DNA of 64,000 nucleotides from an uncultured Chloroflexia bacterium (GTDB taxonomy: Bacteria; Chloroflexota; Anaerolineae; CG2-30-64-16), in assembly GCA_963774265.1 (NCBI GenBank), contig CAVZDU010000007.1, positions 160,001 through 224,000 of the forward strand, written 5' to 3'. Below, piece after piece: positions 27,715 through 37,969 of this stretch. Positions within the stretch are counted from its first letter, which is position 1. The number at the start of each line of letters is the position of its first letter. The position numbers were made by a program, and so were the translations under genes. Under the pieces are notes generated by a model. That model saw only the letters and a list, made by a program, of their open reading frames with translations. It ran no database searches and was not told the origin of the DNA.

Positions 27715-28476
27715 TCAGAACCCGATACTGGCGCCGCCATCGACGGGCAGGACGACCCCAGTGACGAAACGGGCGGCCTGCGAGCTGAGATACACCGCAG
27801 CATAGCCCACATCCATCACTTCACCCAGGCGGCCCGCCGGCGTACGACCCAAAACCTTAAGGAGCCGGGCCTCATCGGTCTGCAGCGCTTGCCGGCTCAT
27901 GGCGGTGTCGATGAAGCCGGGAGCGATGGCGTTGACGCGCACGCCGCGCGGTGAGAGCTCCGTGGCGAGCGCTCGTGTGAGGCCGACGAGCCCCGCCTTT
28001 GCCGCGCTGTATGCTGATACGAGCGGGATGCCGAACAGGGCGGCCATCGAAACGATCATGATGATCGAGCCCTGACCGCGCGCCACCATGCGCGTTGCGC
28101 ACTCCCGGGTCAGGGCATAGGCGCCCGATAGGTGCGTCCCCAGGATCTGCGCCAGCTCCTCATCCGAGGTGCGGATGGCTTGCTTCTTGAGATGCTGGCC
28201 CGCATTATTGACCAGGATACTCAGGGGCCCGGCCTCACGCTCGATCTGCTCCACCAGCGGCGGGATGGATGCCAACTCGGCCAGGTCGTGGCGGATGCCA
28301 CGAGCGGCGGAGCCCAGCTGCGTCTCCGCCACCTGAAGGGTTTGCTCGTTGCGCCCTGTGATGATGACTCGCGCACCGGCTTCGATCAGCGCCTGGCTGA
28401 TCGCCAAACCGATGCCGGATGATCCACCGGTGACGAGTGCGAGTTCGCCATCGAGCCGAAACGCGTCGAGTGCCAT
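27715..28476 (-). CDS. SDR oxidoreductase (gluconate 5-dehydrogenase/KduD-like)
   Basis: TGGSSGIG, VNNAG, YSAAK, RVNAIAPG, VDGG. Start overlaps the uxuA stop (TGATG). Confidence 0.9.
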   Translation of the reverse strand: MALDAFRLDGELALVTGGSSGIGLAISQALIEAGARVIITGRNEQTLQVAETQLGSAARGIRHDLAELASIPPLVEQIEREAGPLSILVNNAGQHLKKQAIRTSDEELAQILGTHLSGAYALTRECATRMVARGQGSIIMIVSMAALFGIPLVSAYSAAKAGLVGLTRALATELSPRGVRVNAIAPGFIDTAMSRQALQTDEARLLKVLGRTPAGRLGEVMDVGYAAVYLSSQAARFVTGVVLPVDGGASIGF

Positions 28477-29549
28477 CAGCCCTCCTCGATGATCGTCAGC
28501 GCAGCCCGCAGATAGCCGATGACAAACGCCATACCTGCATGCCACGGCGCGGCGCACGCCACTTGAGGCGTGTGGTCGGGGACGATCACGCCATCATAGC
28601 CGTTTTTGTGGAGGATGCGGAGCAGGCGTATCATGTCGACATCCCCCTCGTCTACGAACACTTCATAGTAATGGGGCGCCTTTCCCCGTACGTTACGGAA
28701 GTGGAAGTAGGCAATCCTCCCCTGGCTGCTGTAGCGGTCGACCGCGTCGTAGACGTCCATCAGGTCGTCCGACATTTCCGCGACCGAGCCCGCACAGAAC
28801 TCCAGGGAATTGCTCCGGCTGTCTGCCAGATCGATGACCCGTTGGTAGAGCTCGGGGCGGTAGACCAGCCGCGGTGTCCCGCGTAGCGTCGGCATGGGCG
28901 GATCATCGGGATGGAGCGCGAGCCGCACCCCTGCCTCCTCGGCGACCGGGAGCACCGCCTGGAGGAAATCGTTCAGCCGCTGCCACAACTGGTCACTGGT
29001 GATCGCGGCAATGGTCCCGGGCGTGGCCGCGGGGTCGTAGACCATATTCCACACCATCCCGTTCGGGATCGGCGTCTCCTCCGGTCCATCGGGGCCGAGG
29101 AAGGCGACCGATTCGGCTCCGCCCCGCGCCCAGGGACCCACCACGTGCCCCCACACGCCCGCGATACTGAAGTTGTACCCCATGATCGGGATGCCGGCCT
29201 GCCCGACGATGCGGATCGTCTCCTTCAGCCGTTCGAGTTGAGCCTTCTTGTGCGGGCCCTCGAGCAATACATCATGCCAATGGGAGGGATCGAAGTTCTC
29301 GATTGCCTCGAGCTCCAGCCCTTCCTCATTGACCGCCCTACGGAGGGCCGTCAACTCATCGAGCGTCCAGGGCCGCTCGCGGTTGTCCATGATCCCCCAG
29401 CCCTGGCCCGTGCTGCTTGCGCCGGGCAGTCGCGCCTCTTTGAAATAGTCGGTCCAGTGCGCCACGATGTGCGTGCAGCCCAATTGCCGCGCGAAGCGGA
29501 AGTTGTCCGGCGTCAGCATGTGCCGGTAATATCCCAAACCCAGTTTCAT
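28476..29549 (-). CDS. uxuA: Mannonate dehydratase
   Basis: AIEN, MGYNF, RLALHPDDPP, HFRNVRG, EVFVDEGDVDM, PDHTP, AFVIGY. Confidence 0.85.
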   Translation of the reverse strand: MKLGLGYYRHMLTPDNFRFARQLGCTHIVAHWTDYFKEARLPGASSTGQGWGIMDNRERPWTLDELTALRRAVNEEGLELEAIENFDPSHWHDVLLEGPHKKAQLERLKETIRIVGQAGIPIMGYNFSIAGVWGHVVGPWARGGAESVAFLGPDGPEETPIPNGMVWNMVYDPAATPGTIAAITSDQLWQRLNDFLQAVLPVAEEAGVRLALHPDDPPMPTLRGTPRLVYRPELYQRVIDLADSRSNSLEFCAGSVAEMSDDLMDVYDAVDRYSSQGRIAYFHFRNVRGKAPHYYEVFVDEGDVDMIRLLRILHKNGYDGVIVPDHTPQVACAAPWHAGMAFVIGYLRAALTIIEEG

Positions 29550-29586
29550 CGCTAATCCTCCACCTGGATGGGCAGGCGCCCCGATT

Positions 29587-30630
29587 CTAGCGCGAGGCGT
29601 CCCAACTTCCCATGCGCCTCAGGATTCGCGGCGCAAGCAGGGTCAGCCAGCGCGAGGGGACCTTCTTCTGGCCGAACTCCCATCCGCTCCACGCCTGCCA
29701 GACCGACTCCGGTGTGAATCGGCCCCGTTCGTCGGCCTTCGCCGCCAGGATGGCGGCCATCTCTCGCAGCCGCGGGTCATCCCGCAGGAAGGGGAATTGG
29801 CTCAGCACGTCCAGCATATGCAGGAGGTCGTACCAGATGAAAGGCGCTTTCAGCTTTCGGAAATCGTCGCCCATGTAGAACATGTACGGGTGGCGTTCGC
29901 GACTGGCAGCCCACAGAGCCAACAGGCTGCCGGCGCCGAGGCGGGCCGCGACACCCTCGCGGCTTCGGGGATCCTGAGCTAACGCCTTCAGCATGGCCAG
30001 GTTGGCAAAGGGGCACGGATCATCCTTGCGGCCCGGACCGCGCCAGTTTCCAAGCTCGGGTGAGACCGCGCACGGCCAGCCGACCTCGCGCACCAGCCCC
30101 AGCAGGTGCTCGCCGGCCGCGACCACGCGTTTGTCGTCACCCAGGCCGAACTTGAGCAAGGCGTACAGGATGAGCGGCGCGTCGCACAGCGCCCAAGCCA
30201 ATTGCTCCTGGCCGCTGCCCCCGTGCGATGTCGCTATGTTCATGGGCAGGGCAAACGGTCCCTGCGCTGACTGGTGGGATAAAATCCGTTCGATGATGGC
30301 ATCTATGCCTGGATCACCCGCCCGCAGTCCCAGGTCGGCGATGAAAGTCAGCTTGTGAAACGGCTGCCCGGCTGATTTATGGCTGCTGATGACCGTTCCG
30401 GGCCAGCCGGCCAGTTCGGCGATCAGGGCTTGCACCAGAGGGTCGGCCAGCATGGACCGGCGCGCGGCGGCTACCTGCGGATCGTCCTCGGGTTGATCCA
30501 GCAGATCACGTCGCGTCCGATATTCGACGTAGGCCGCTCCTTCGAGCAGCCAGGTTGTTGTCTCATTTGTTTGTTCCATCGTCGGTGCGGCCTCCGGTGT
30601 GGGAATCGCGCGACCTGGATTGACTGACAT
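29587..30630 (-). CDS. Conserved hypothetical protein, probable alpha/alpha-barrel (prenyltransferase/cyclase-like fold)
   Basis: GWPC, PCPFANL, FRKLKAPFIWYDLLH, PSRWLT motifs and good coding pattern. Function not assignable. Confidence 0.55.
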   Translation of the reverse strand: MSVNPGRAIPTPEAAPTMEQTNETTTWLLEGAAYVEYRTRRDLLDQPEDDPQVAAARRSMLADPLVQALIAELAGWPGTVISSHKSAGQPFHKLTFIADLGLRAGDPGIDAIIERILSHQSAQGPFALPMNIATSHGGSGQEQLAWALCDAPLILYALLKFGLGDDKRVVAAGEHLLGLVREVGWPCAVSPELGNWRGPGRKDDPCPFANLAMLKALAQDPRSREGVAARLGAGSLLALWAASRERHPYMFYMGDDFRKLKAPFIWYDLLHMLDVLSQFPFLRDDPRLREMAAILAAKADERGRFTPESVWQAWSGWEFGQKKVPSRWLTLLAPRILRRMGSWDASR

Positions 30631-30640
30631 TCTGTCTTTG

Positions 30641-31846
30641 TTACAGGATATTCCGCAGGAGCGGCAGCTTCCGCAGGGTGTAAACGATGATGTGGCAGAG
30701 AGCGACTGCGATCGGCGTCACCCAGAGAAACTTCAGACCGAGGTTCATGGTGATGCCGCTCAGCGCGATGGGCAGCGGCACGATGATGGCTGGGTGGAGG
30801 ACGTAGACGCCGAAGGCCGCGGGCGACATCGCACGCGCGAGCCGCCCCTGACCGGTGAACCGCCGCCGGAACCAGGTCAGCATCATGATGCTCACCACGA
30901 CGCATGTGAACGCCTCCCACGTCGAGTAGGCCAGCGACAACCAGTTCAGCCCTCCGGCTGCGCGCTCATCGAGTGACCCGCTGAATGCGCCTGCAGCTCC
31001 TGCCACACCCACCAACGACAGGACGATCAGCGGGCTTAACCAACGCCAGAGGCGGCCTTGAGCGTCTGGGAACGCCGCCAGCCACTCGTTCCGGTAGGCC
31101 AGTATTCCCACCACAAACATGGCGATGTACTGGGGGTAATGGGCCAGCTCCTGGTGCCACGGTTCGCTCTGAAGACCGACCGGCATCCAAATCCGCACGA
31201 CGAAGGTGACCAGGCCCAGGCTCAGCGCGAATAGAGCGATCGTACTGTTGCCGGGCACCGCTGCCCTGCCCGGATGGGCGGCAGCCGGTAGGGCAGCACC
31301 GGATCGACTGGCCGCGCTCAGAAGCCTCCACAACAAGTAGGCGATTGAGAAGATCAACAGCATCAGCAGGTACCAAACAGGCCCGTCAGCAATAGAGTCC
31401 AGCGGAAAGAAGATGTCGCGAAGGAAACTCCAGAACGAGCCCTGATAGGAACCTTGGTCCACGTCTCTGATGTAAGTGATGAACGGTCTGATGAGCAGCT
31501 CATAGATGAGCAGGGGGATGCCCAGGCGTTTGATCCGGTCGAGCAGGAACAGCCCCGGGCCTTTGCGGTCGTAGGCCCGTGGGGTGAAGTAGCCGGCGAT
31601 CAGGGAGAAGAGCCCCAGAAGCGATGCTGCCGCGATGGCTCCGAACGGGAGCATGAGGATGATGAAGATGTCGCTGACTTCGCCCGCTTCCTTGTAATAC
31701 CAATCGCCTTGGCCGGTGTAGGTAATGGCTAGGTGGCCGATGACGACCAGGGTGATGAGGGTCAGCCGGATGTTATCGATGTAGAGCAGGCGGGAGCCGC
31801 CTGTCGCGCCGTGAGCTTTTGCCCACACCACTTCAGAGCCCGCCAT
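30641..31846 (-). CDS. Acyltransferase family 3 (OpgC/MdoC-like) membrane protein
   Basis: RLLYIDNIR...H, FSLIAGYF, RIKRLGIP, GPVWYL, AFGVYVLHP. Confidence 0.88.
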   Translation of the reverse strand: MAGSEVVWAKAHGATGGSRLLYIDNIRLTLITLVVIGHLAITYTGQGDWYYKEAGEVSDIFIILMLPFGAIAAASLLGLFSLIAGYFTPRAYDRKGPGLFLLDRIKRLGIPLLIYELLIRPFITYIRDVDQGSYQGSFWSFLRDIFFPLDSIADGPVWYLLMLLIFSIAYLLWRLLSAASRSGAALPAAAHPGRAAVPGNSTIALFALSLGLVTFVVRIWMPVGLQSEPWHQELAHYPQYIAMFVVGILAYRNEWLAAFPDAQGRLWRWLSPLIVLSLVGVAGAAGAFSGSLDERAAGGLNWLSLAYSTWEAFTCVVVSIMMLTWFRRRFTGQGRLARAMSPAAFGVYVLHPAIIVPLPIALSGITMNLGLKFLWVTPIAVALCHIIVYTLRKLPLLRNIL

Positions 31847-31864
31847 GATGCACCTCCCCAAAAA

Positions 31865-33418
31865 TCAGATGGCCGGTTGCCGGTCCCCGAGCGCCACCGC
31901 TGACAGGTCGGTCGGCGCGTAGACGCGAATCGCGGCGTCGCCGGCCAAGGGACAGCGGTTCTCGCAGATACCGCAGCCGGTGCAGCGATCGTGCAGGACA
32001 TAAGGACGGCGAACGAGCACCTCCTGCCCATCTGCAGCCCTTGCTGCCACCTCCTCCAACTGAATCGCCTTCTCCGGCAGAGGGCACATTTCCTCACAGA
32101 CCAGGCAGATGCGATTATCAACCCACGGGATGCAGCGGTTGCGATCGATATAGGCATGGCCGATCACCTGCTGGCGCTTGACGTCCAGCGGAAGCACAGG
32201 GATCGCCCCGGTCGGGCAGACCTGGCCGCACGAATTGCAGCTATAGTCGCAGTGTCCTTGGCGGGGGGTCAGCACCGGGGTCCACATGCCACCCAGTCCT
32301 GCGATGCTCAAGCTGGGCTCCAGCCCACCGGTCGGGCAAGCGCGGATGCAGAGGCCGCACCGGATGCACCGCGTTAAGAACTCAGGATCCTGGCTGCCGG
32401 GCGGCCTTACGAGGTTCGGAGAAGGACGCGCTGTAGCCGGCTCAATCGCCAGGAGTCCAACGGCTATGATGGCGCCGCCGGCCGACGCCAGGAACTGGCG
32501 CCTCGAAGGGTCCTGCACCTGCCAACGCGCGGGGCGCAGGTGGCCGGTGAAACGCTGCCCGTCTCGTGGGCAGGCCGACGCGCAGTCCAGGCACAGGGTG
32601 CATTCGGCCGGATTGCTTCTGAAGCCGTCAGCCGGGTCAATTGTCCCCATCGGGCACTCGCGGGAGCAGCGCCGGCACGCCGTGCAGTCCGAGTTAGCCT
32701 CACGTCGCAGCCAGGCGGCTTTCCCGACCAACCCCAACAGTGCACCCAGCGGGCACAAATAGCGGCACCAGAACCGGGGGCGCACGGAATTGAGCGCCAG
32801 CGCGCCTCCAAAGACCAACGCGGCGAACAGGCCAGCTGCGTACACCAGTTGTGTGGCAGGCAAGACCGTCCCCCGACCGACCGCCTCGAGCGTATCCACT
32901 GGCCCGCGGAGGAAGGGCACGGCATACGCGGCCTGCTCCAGGCCCCATAGGATGGCGTTGAATGCCGGCCACGCAACCACCGCGATGGTCCGGGTGGTTA
33001 AGGTGATCGGATCGAGGAAGATCAGGCTCAGGTTGCCGAGCACGGCCAGCAGCAGGATCAGTATCAGCAAGAAGTATTTGACGCGGCGCCAGCGGTCAGG
33101 TAAGTCGACCTCGTTCGGCCGCGATCTGCGCCCCGGCCCCCGAGCCCAATCCAGCACCGTCCCCATGGGGCAGAGCCACCCGCACCAGGCGCGGCCGAGG
33201 ACGAGCGCGAACACCAGGGCGGCGAGGCTGCCGAACAGCAGCGTCCCGGTGATCTGACGCGCCGCGATCATGCCAGAGGCTCCAGCGAGGGCATCCAGCC
33301 AAAAGAACAGGCCAGCCGCGGTGGGCACAGCTGCCGCGCGGATCGTCAGATACACGAACACCAGGAAGACCGCCAATTGTACCCAGCGGCGTGCCTTGTG
33401 CATGGCGTTCGCTCGCAT
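31865..33418 (-). CDS. Membrane polyferredoxin (NapH/MauN-like + NapG/MauM-like fusion)
   Basis: GRAWCGWLCPMG, RFWCRYLCPLG, several CxxCxxCxxxCP motifs, internal SRRQFL, RPPG...CIRCGLC. Confidence 0.88.
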   Translation of the reverse strand: MRANAMHKARRWVQLAVFLVFVYLTIRAAAVPTAAGLFFWLDALAGASGMIAARQITGTLLFGSLAALVFALVLGRAWCGWLCPMGTVLDWARGPGRRSRPNEVDLPDRWRRVKYFLLILILLLAVLGNLSLIFLDPITLTTRTIAVVAWPAFNAILWGLEQAAYAVPFLRGPVDTLEAVGRGTVLPATQLVYAAGLFAALVFGGALALNSVRPRFWCRYLCPLGALLGLVGKAAWLRREANSDCTACRRCSRECPMGTIDPADGFRSNPAECTLCLDCASACPRDGQRFTGHLRPARWQVQDPSRRQFLASAGGAIIAVGLLAIEPATARPSPNLVRPPGSQDPEFLTRCIRCGLCIRACPTGGLEPSLSIAGLGGMWTPVLTPRQGHCDYSCNSCGQVCPTGAIPVLPLDVKRQQVIGHAYIDRNRCIPWVDNRICLVCEEMCPLPEKAIQLEEVAARAADGQEVLVRRPYVLHDRCTGCGICENRCPLAGDAAIRVYAPTDLSAVALGDRQPAI

Positions 33419-33451
33419 ACGCGTCCCCTCTCCCTACGGGATGGTTCCCAA

Positions 33452-34561
33452 TCAGACCGCGACCTCAACCACGTTGACTGCGTTCAAGTCCATCTGCCCG
33501 AGCCCCATCTCAGCGCCCAGGCGGATGTAGCCAATGTCTTTGCCAGTCATCCCGAACAGCGTGGTCGCATACGCGTCGGCCGCAACGATGTCGGCGCTGG
33601 CAATCACGGTGTCAGTGACCTTGACATCGTCCAGGTTGCCGCCGGTGGGCCCGTTCTCCATCAAAATCCGCACGGCATCCACCACGGTTAGTTGCGGTTT
33701 GAGGCTGCTGCTCAGGTCGGCGATGCATTGATCGAGCCCCCGCGAGTGAAAGCCGCCCCGATCCTGGATCAATCCCATCAGGTTCTTCATGCCCAGGGTG
33801 AGCCGCGTGGACCCGTGGTCCTTGGCAATGGGCAGGTTGATCAGCACATCGGCATCGAGCGCGTCGCCATAGACTTGCCATTGTTGGATTTTGCGGCCGT
33901 TGGGGATGTCGAGTGGGCGATAGCGCATCCGGCTCATCACCTCCATCTCGCCGCCGGCAGCCTGCACGGCGTCGGCAATCCCGCTTTTGACATAAGCATT
34001 CTGCCCGGTTCCGCCGAAAGGCGCGTCCATGACACGCACGCGCTTCGCACCTGCGCCCAGGCAGAGGGCAACCACGGCAGCCACCACCTGTGGATTCGTC
34101 GTGCTGGCGTATTCCGGGCCATTGTAGGCGGTGCAGATGTTCGGCTTGAGGATCACGTTTGCGCCGGGCTTGACGAAGCGTTCAATGCCGCCCAGCGCGG
34201 CGATCGCGCGCCGGGTGAGCTCAGCAGGATCGGCGCCCGTTCCGCGCGCGACTGCCAGATAAGCGGTGGTCGCGGGCGTCGTTGGCGCCGCGCCGCTGTC
34301 GAGCGGTGCGGTGGGCTGTGGCGCGGACTGCGCAGGGGGCTTTGCTGGCGGGGCGGCCGAGGGCGACCGGGCGAGCGTCGGGGCAGGGGAAGGTTTCGTG
34401 GCGACGACGCCGGGCGTGGCCGCGGCCGGCTGGCTTTGCGCTGGGACGGTTGGACTGAATGCAGTTGGTTTCGATGTACGACATGCGCTGGCGCCGACCC
34501 CGGTCAGCGTGAGCGCCAGCACTTGCTTGAGGAACTGGCGCCGGTCTCTGATGCCTGGCAT
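33452..34561 (-). CDS. Tat-exported DUF362 domain (lipo)protein
   Basis: RRQFLK twin-arginine signal and ASAC lipobox. LGGIERFVKPG..VILKPN, TTNP, NLPIAKDH, TLGMKNLMG, NGPTGG. Confidence 0.85.
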   Translation of the reverse strand: MPGIRDRRQFLKQVLALTLTGVGASACRTSKPTAFSPTVPAQSQPAAATPGVVATKPSPAPTLARSPSAAPPAKPPAQSAPQPTAPLDSGAAPTTPATTAYLAVARGTGADPAELTRRAIAALGGIERFVKPGANVILKPNICTAYNGPEYASTTNPQVVAAVVALCLGAGAKRVRVMDAPFGGTGQNAYVKSGIADAVQAAGGEMEVMSRMRYRPLDIPNGRKIQQWQVYGDALDADVLINLPIAKDHGSTRLTLGMKNLMGLIQDRGGFHSRGLDQCIADLSSSLKPQLTVVDAVRILMENGPTGGNLDDVKVTDTVIASADIVAADAYATTLFGMTGKDIGYIRLGAEMGLGQMDLNAVNVVEVAV

Positions 34562-34720
34562 GGCTGTGTCTCCAGTGTGGGAATCGCGCTATCTCAGTGA
34601 CCAATGATACCTTAGTAAGCCCAAATACGCGAACCGTCTCGCTGGCGAGGCAGCCTGTCAGAGATGCGCAGAGCGACATCATGACATCCCCAGCGTCGAG
34701 AATGAGCGCGTTTTCAACAT

Positions 34721-35221
34721 CTAGTCTCCTCGTGTGGCAAACGCCCGAATCTCCGCGGCGTGCTTCTGTTCGTCGCGGGCTTCGACGCCGAGCAGCATGG
34801 CGATCGTCACCCGGCGGTTTCTGGACGAACGCACACCATAGTCCCGGTGGAGGTCCCCGGCTGGGAGAGCGACCAGATGATCGATCAAGGCCTGATGCGA
34901 TGCCTCGACCGCGGCCAGCGTCTCGGCCAGCGTGGCCCGCTTGTACCGGGCCACAATCCCGGCGTTGAAGGTGCGCCAATCAGGATCATATGCCGCGTAA
35001 AAAGCCGGCAGTTGTCCGGTTCGGATCGCCTCGATTGCCTCCAGGTTTGCATAATCCCAACCGGTCAAGTGCGCCGCAATGTCATGGGCCGACCATGTGC
35101 CGAGGAAAGGTGTGTCATGCAGATCGCTGTGCAGGTCCGCGGTTGCGCCCAGAACTTCCCGTCGGGCTTCGGTTAGATCGGCGATCAGTTGTGCCTTCTT
35201 GGTTTCCGGATCGGCTCTCAT
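34721..35221 (-). CDS. DinB/YfiT (ClbS/DfsB-like) four-helix bundle protein
   Basis: WSAHDIAAHLTGWD...FNA...EQKHA. Confidence 0.78.
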   Translation of the reverse strand: MRADPETKKAQLIADLTEARREVLGATADLHSDLHDTPFLGTWSAHDIAAHLTGWDYANLEAIEAIRTGQLPAFYAAYDPDWRTFNAGIVARYKRATLAETLAAVEASHQALIDHLVALPAGDLHRDYGVRSSRNRRVTIAMLLGVEARDEQKHAAEIRAFATRGD

Positions 35222-35273
35222 GGCGCTGAATGAACCTCAAGACGATTGCCAACTTGCATGAACGATCTCTCAT

Positions 35274-35302
35274 ATAATACGCGCGCCATACGTCTTTGTC
35301 AA
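35274..35302 (-). promoter_or_regulatory. Candidate sigma70 promoter for the DinB-family gene
   Basis: Minus strand TTGACA, 17 bp, TATTAT. Confidence 0.6.
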
Positions 35303-35444
35303 GCGGGGTTCCGCTAGACCGGAGTGCCAGGCGTTGTTCCGTAGCGTGGCTGACCTGACGTCGTGCCCACTTGTGGCACCGGACATCATCTTATAGTAGA
35401 CTGGGCGCAAGAGCCGGAATTCTTATGGATGTGCGAGGAGTTCT

Positions 35445-36320
35445 ATGCCCAACGTAGCCATCGTGACCGACAGCGTAGCCAGCATCCCGCAGGCCCTGAT
35501 TGATGCGCTCGGCATCCGCTGGGCTCCCTATTACATCCACCAGGGGAAGGTGGTGTTAAGAGACCTGGTCACTGCTCCCGGGGCCATCTTCTACGAGTGG
35601 CTGACCACCGCGACCGAGCTGCCCAAGACCGCCAACCCCAGCGCAGGCGACTACCTGGAGATCTATCGGGCGTTGGCCGGCGAGGGCGTGCGTGAGATCG
35701 CCAGCATTCACATCACCTCCAAGGGCAGTGGGGCTTACCAGGCGGCGCTCATCGCCCGGCAGATGCTCGTTGATGCCATGCCTGACTTGCATATCGAGGT
35801 GATCGACACCCTCAATGTCTCGATGTGCCAGGGTTGGATGGCGATTGAAGCGGCCCGTGCCGCGCTGGCGGGCAAGTCGCTGTCCGACATCGTGGCGCTC
35901 GTGAAGAGCATGATGCCGGTCACCCGCATGATCCAGACTGCCGACACGCTTAGGTACCTTTACATGGGTGGTCGCATCGGGAAAGCCACACATCTTGTTG
36001 GGTCCCTCTTGAACATCAAGCCCTTGATCGGGATGGAAGATGGCGTGATTGTGCCGCTGGGCCAGGCGCGCAGCCGCCGCGCGGCCTATGGGAAGATGGT
36101 CGACATGGTCGAGGCGGCCGTCGGCAAGATGGGCAAGATCAAGGTGGCCTTCGTACACGCTGCGGCCGTCGAAGAAGCTGAGAAACTCAGGGCGTTGTTC
36201 GAAGCGCGGCTGACCTGCGTCGAATCGGTGATCGCCGAGCTCTCCCCGGCACTGGGCGTCCATTCCGGCCCCGGCACGGCCGGCGTCTGTTATTTCCCCG
36301 TGCGCGAGACCGCGGAGTGA
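35445..36320 (+). CDS. DegV family fatty-acid-binding protein
   Basis: AIVTDS, PKTANPS, GGRIG, LNIKPLI, LGVHSGPG. Confidence 0.92.
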   Translation: MPNVAIVTDSVASIPQALIDALGIRWAPYYIHQGKVVLRDLVTAPGAIFYEWLTTATELPKTANPSAGDYLEIYRALAGEGVREIASIHITSKGSGAYQAALIARQMLVDAMPDLHIEVIDTLNVSMCQGWMAIEAARAALAGKSLSDIVALVKSMMPVTRMIQTADTLRYLYMGGRIGKATHLVGSLLNIKPLIGMEDGVIVPLGQARSRRAAYGKMVDMVEAAVGKMGKIKVAFVHAAAVEEAEKLRALFEARLTCVESVIAELSPALGVHSGPGTAGVCYFPVRETAE

Positions 36321-36363
36321 GGCCTCACCCCACTCGCGCGGCCCGGGATTCCCACGATTCAAG

Positions 36364-37833
36364 CTACTTCACTTCGATGACGGGCGGTGTCGCGGTGCCA
36401 CCGCGGTAGAAGCGCGTGGGCTGAGGCAGTCCACCATCGCGCTGTATCTCGGTTGGCATCCACTGCGCCAGGGTGTCCTGGTAGCGCTTCATCATATCCG
36501 CGTCCTTCACCATCTGATCCTCACCGGTCAGCCCAGCGACGTCCCGCAACGCCCCTTCCAGGTCGTGCGCCAGGCTCCACGCCTCGACATAGCGTCTCTC
36601 AGTGGCCAGCCGGCTGATCTCCTTCAAGCCCTCCGCCGAGCGTTGGATGGTGACGTTGCGCAGCACCTCCACATCAAAGAGCGGGTCATACGCTACGCCA
36701 TCGGCTCGGAGCACCCGCGCGTTCGAGGTTATGGTTTCGTGTTTGTTAGCCTTCAGATCATCATAGCTGAGCTCAACGGATATGAGCGGCCTCTGGCCTG
36801 GGACATCGGGAGCGAGGCGCAGGTGCACGAGCAGCACCTGGCTGTCACCCGGCGCCAGATCGCGCAGGCTCACCTGCACCGGCCCTGCGGGCAGGCTGCC
36901 TTCATAACCGGTCACCTGGCTGAGTTGCACCCCGGGCTCGGGACGTATGGTCACTGCCACGTTCGCCGCGACCTTGGCCATCAGCCCCAGTGCATCCTTG
37001 CGGAAAACCTTATCCATCTCCTCCGCGGAGTCGATGAAGTGGTAAGGTCCCTTGCCCTGGATTGCGAGCTCGGATAGCAGCGCGTCGTTGACGTCGTGAC
37101 CGAGGCCGATGGTCGCCAGGTAAACGCCGCGGTCATTGTAGGCCTTGGCATCCGCGGCGATGGCGGGGGGATCGGTCACCCCGACATTCGCAATTCCGTC
37201 TGTCAGCAAGAGGACCCGGTTGTTCCGTGCCGGGTCGTAGCGCCGATCGACCTCGCGCAGCCCGAGCATCAGCCCGGCATGCAGATTGGTGGACGCGGTG
37301 GGCTCGAGCCTTTCGATCGCGGCAGCGATCCAGGCGCCATCACCAACGGTCCGCATGGGTTCGAGCGGCCACGCGGTGTCGCTGTAGCCGATGATGGTCA
37401 CCTGGTCGTTGGCAGCCAGGCTGTTGAGGAAAACGCGGAGCGACTGCTTGACCCAGGCCATCTTGCCCGCATCGCCCATCGAGCCGCTGCAGTCGATGAC
37501 CAGCGCCAGGGTGAGCGGCGCAATCTCCTCCGGTCGTGCGGACTTCGCCTGCACGCCGACCTGGAGCCATGCATCGCCGCCCGCGGTGGACACCGTCCCA
37601 TTGCCCAGTCGCACATCAAGCCCCAGCGTCGTGTTGAGGGGCTCGGGGAAGCGCTGTTCGTAGTAGTTGAGGTACTCAGCAACGCGGACTTGCTCCGCGT
37701 CGACGATGCCGCCGCTCTGGATAACGGAGCGGCTCAGCGATTTCGAAGCGTCCATCGAGGCAGCACACCCGGCTGAGAACAAGATCAGGGCCAGGCCGAT
37801 CACCAATGGGATGAGATGACGTCGGGTTTTCAT
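36364..37833 (-). CDS. vWA-domain lipoprotein (YfbK-like)
   Basis: Lipobox SAGC, MIDAS DCSGSM, TNLHAGL, LLTDGIANVG. GGAGG RBS before ATG 37833. Confidence 0.85.
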   Translation of the reverse strand: MKTRRHLIPLVIGLALILFSAGCAASMDASKSLSRSVIQSGGIVDAEQVRVAEYLNYYEQRFPEPLNTTLGLDVRLGNGTVSTAGGDAWLQVGVQAKSARPEEIAPLTLALVIDCSGSMGDAGKMAWVKQSLRVFLNSLAANDQVTIIGYSDTAWPLEPMRTVGDGAWIAAAIERLEPTASTNLHAGLMLGLREVDRRYDPARNNRVLLLTDGIANVGVTDPPAIAADAKAYNDRGVYLATIGLGHDVNDALLSELAIQGKGPYHFIDSAEEMDKVFRKDALGLMAKVAANVAVTIRPEPGVQLSQVTGYEGSLPAGPVQVSLRDLAPGDSQVLLVHLRLAPDVPGQRPLISVELSYDDLKANKHETITSNARVLRADGVAYDPLFDVEVLRNVTIQRSAEGLKEISRLATERRYVEAWSLAHDLEGALRDVAGLTGEDQMVKDADMMKRYQDTLAQWMPTEIQRDGGLPQPTRFYRGGTATPPVIEVK

Positions 37834-37969
37834 TTTGTCCTCCTGATGCTCTTGGGCTAGACTGGAATCGTCACTGATGCTTCCTTCATACCGCAACGCC
37901 GGGACACTTCAAGCACCAGAAGTGTTACATTGGATGCAACAGGGGAAATCACACGCCTTCGAGGCGAAC

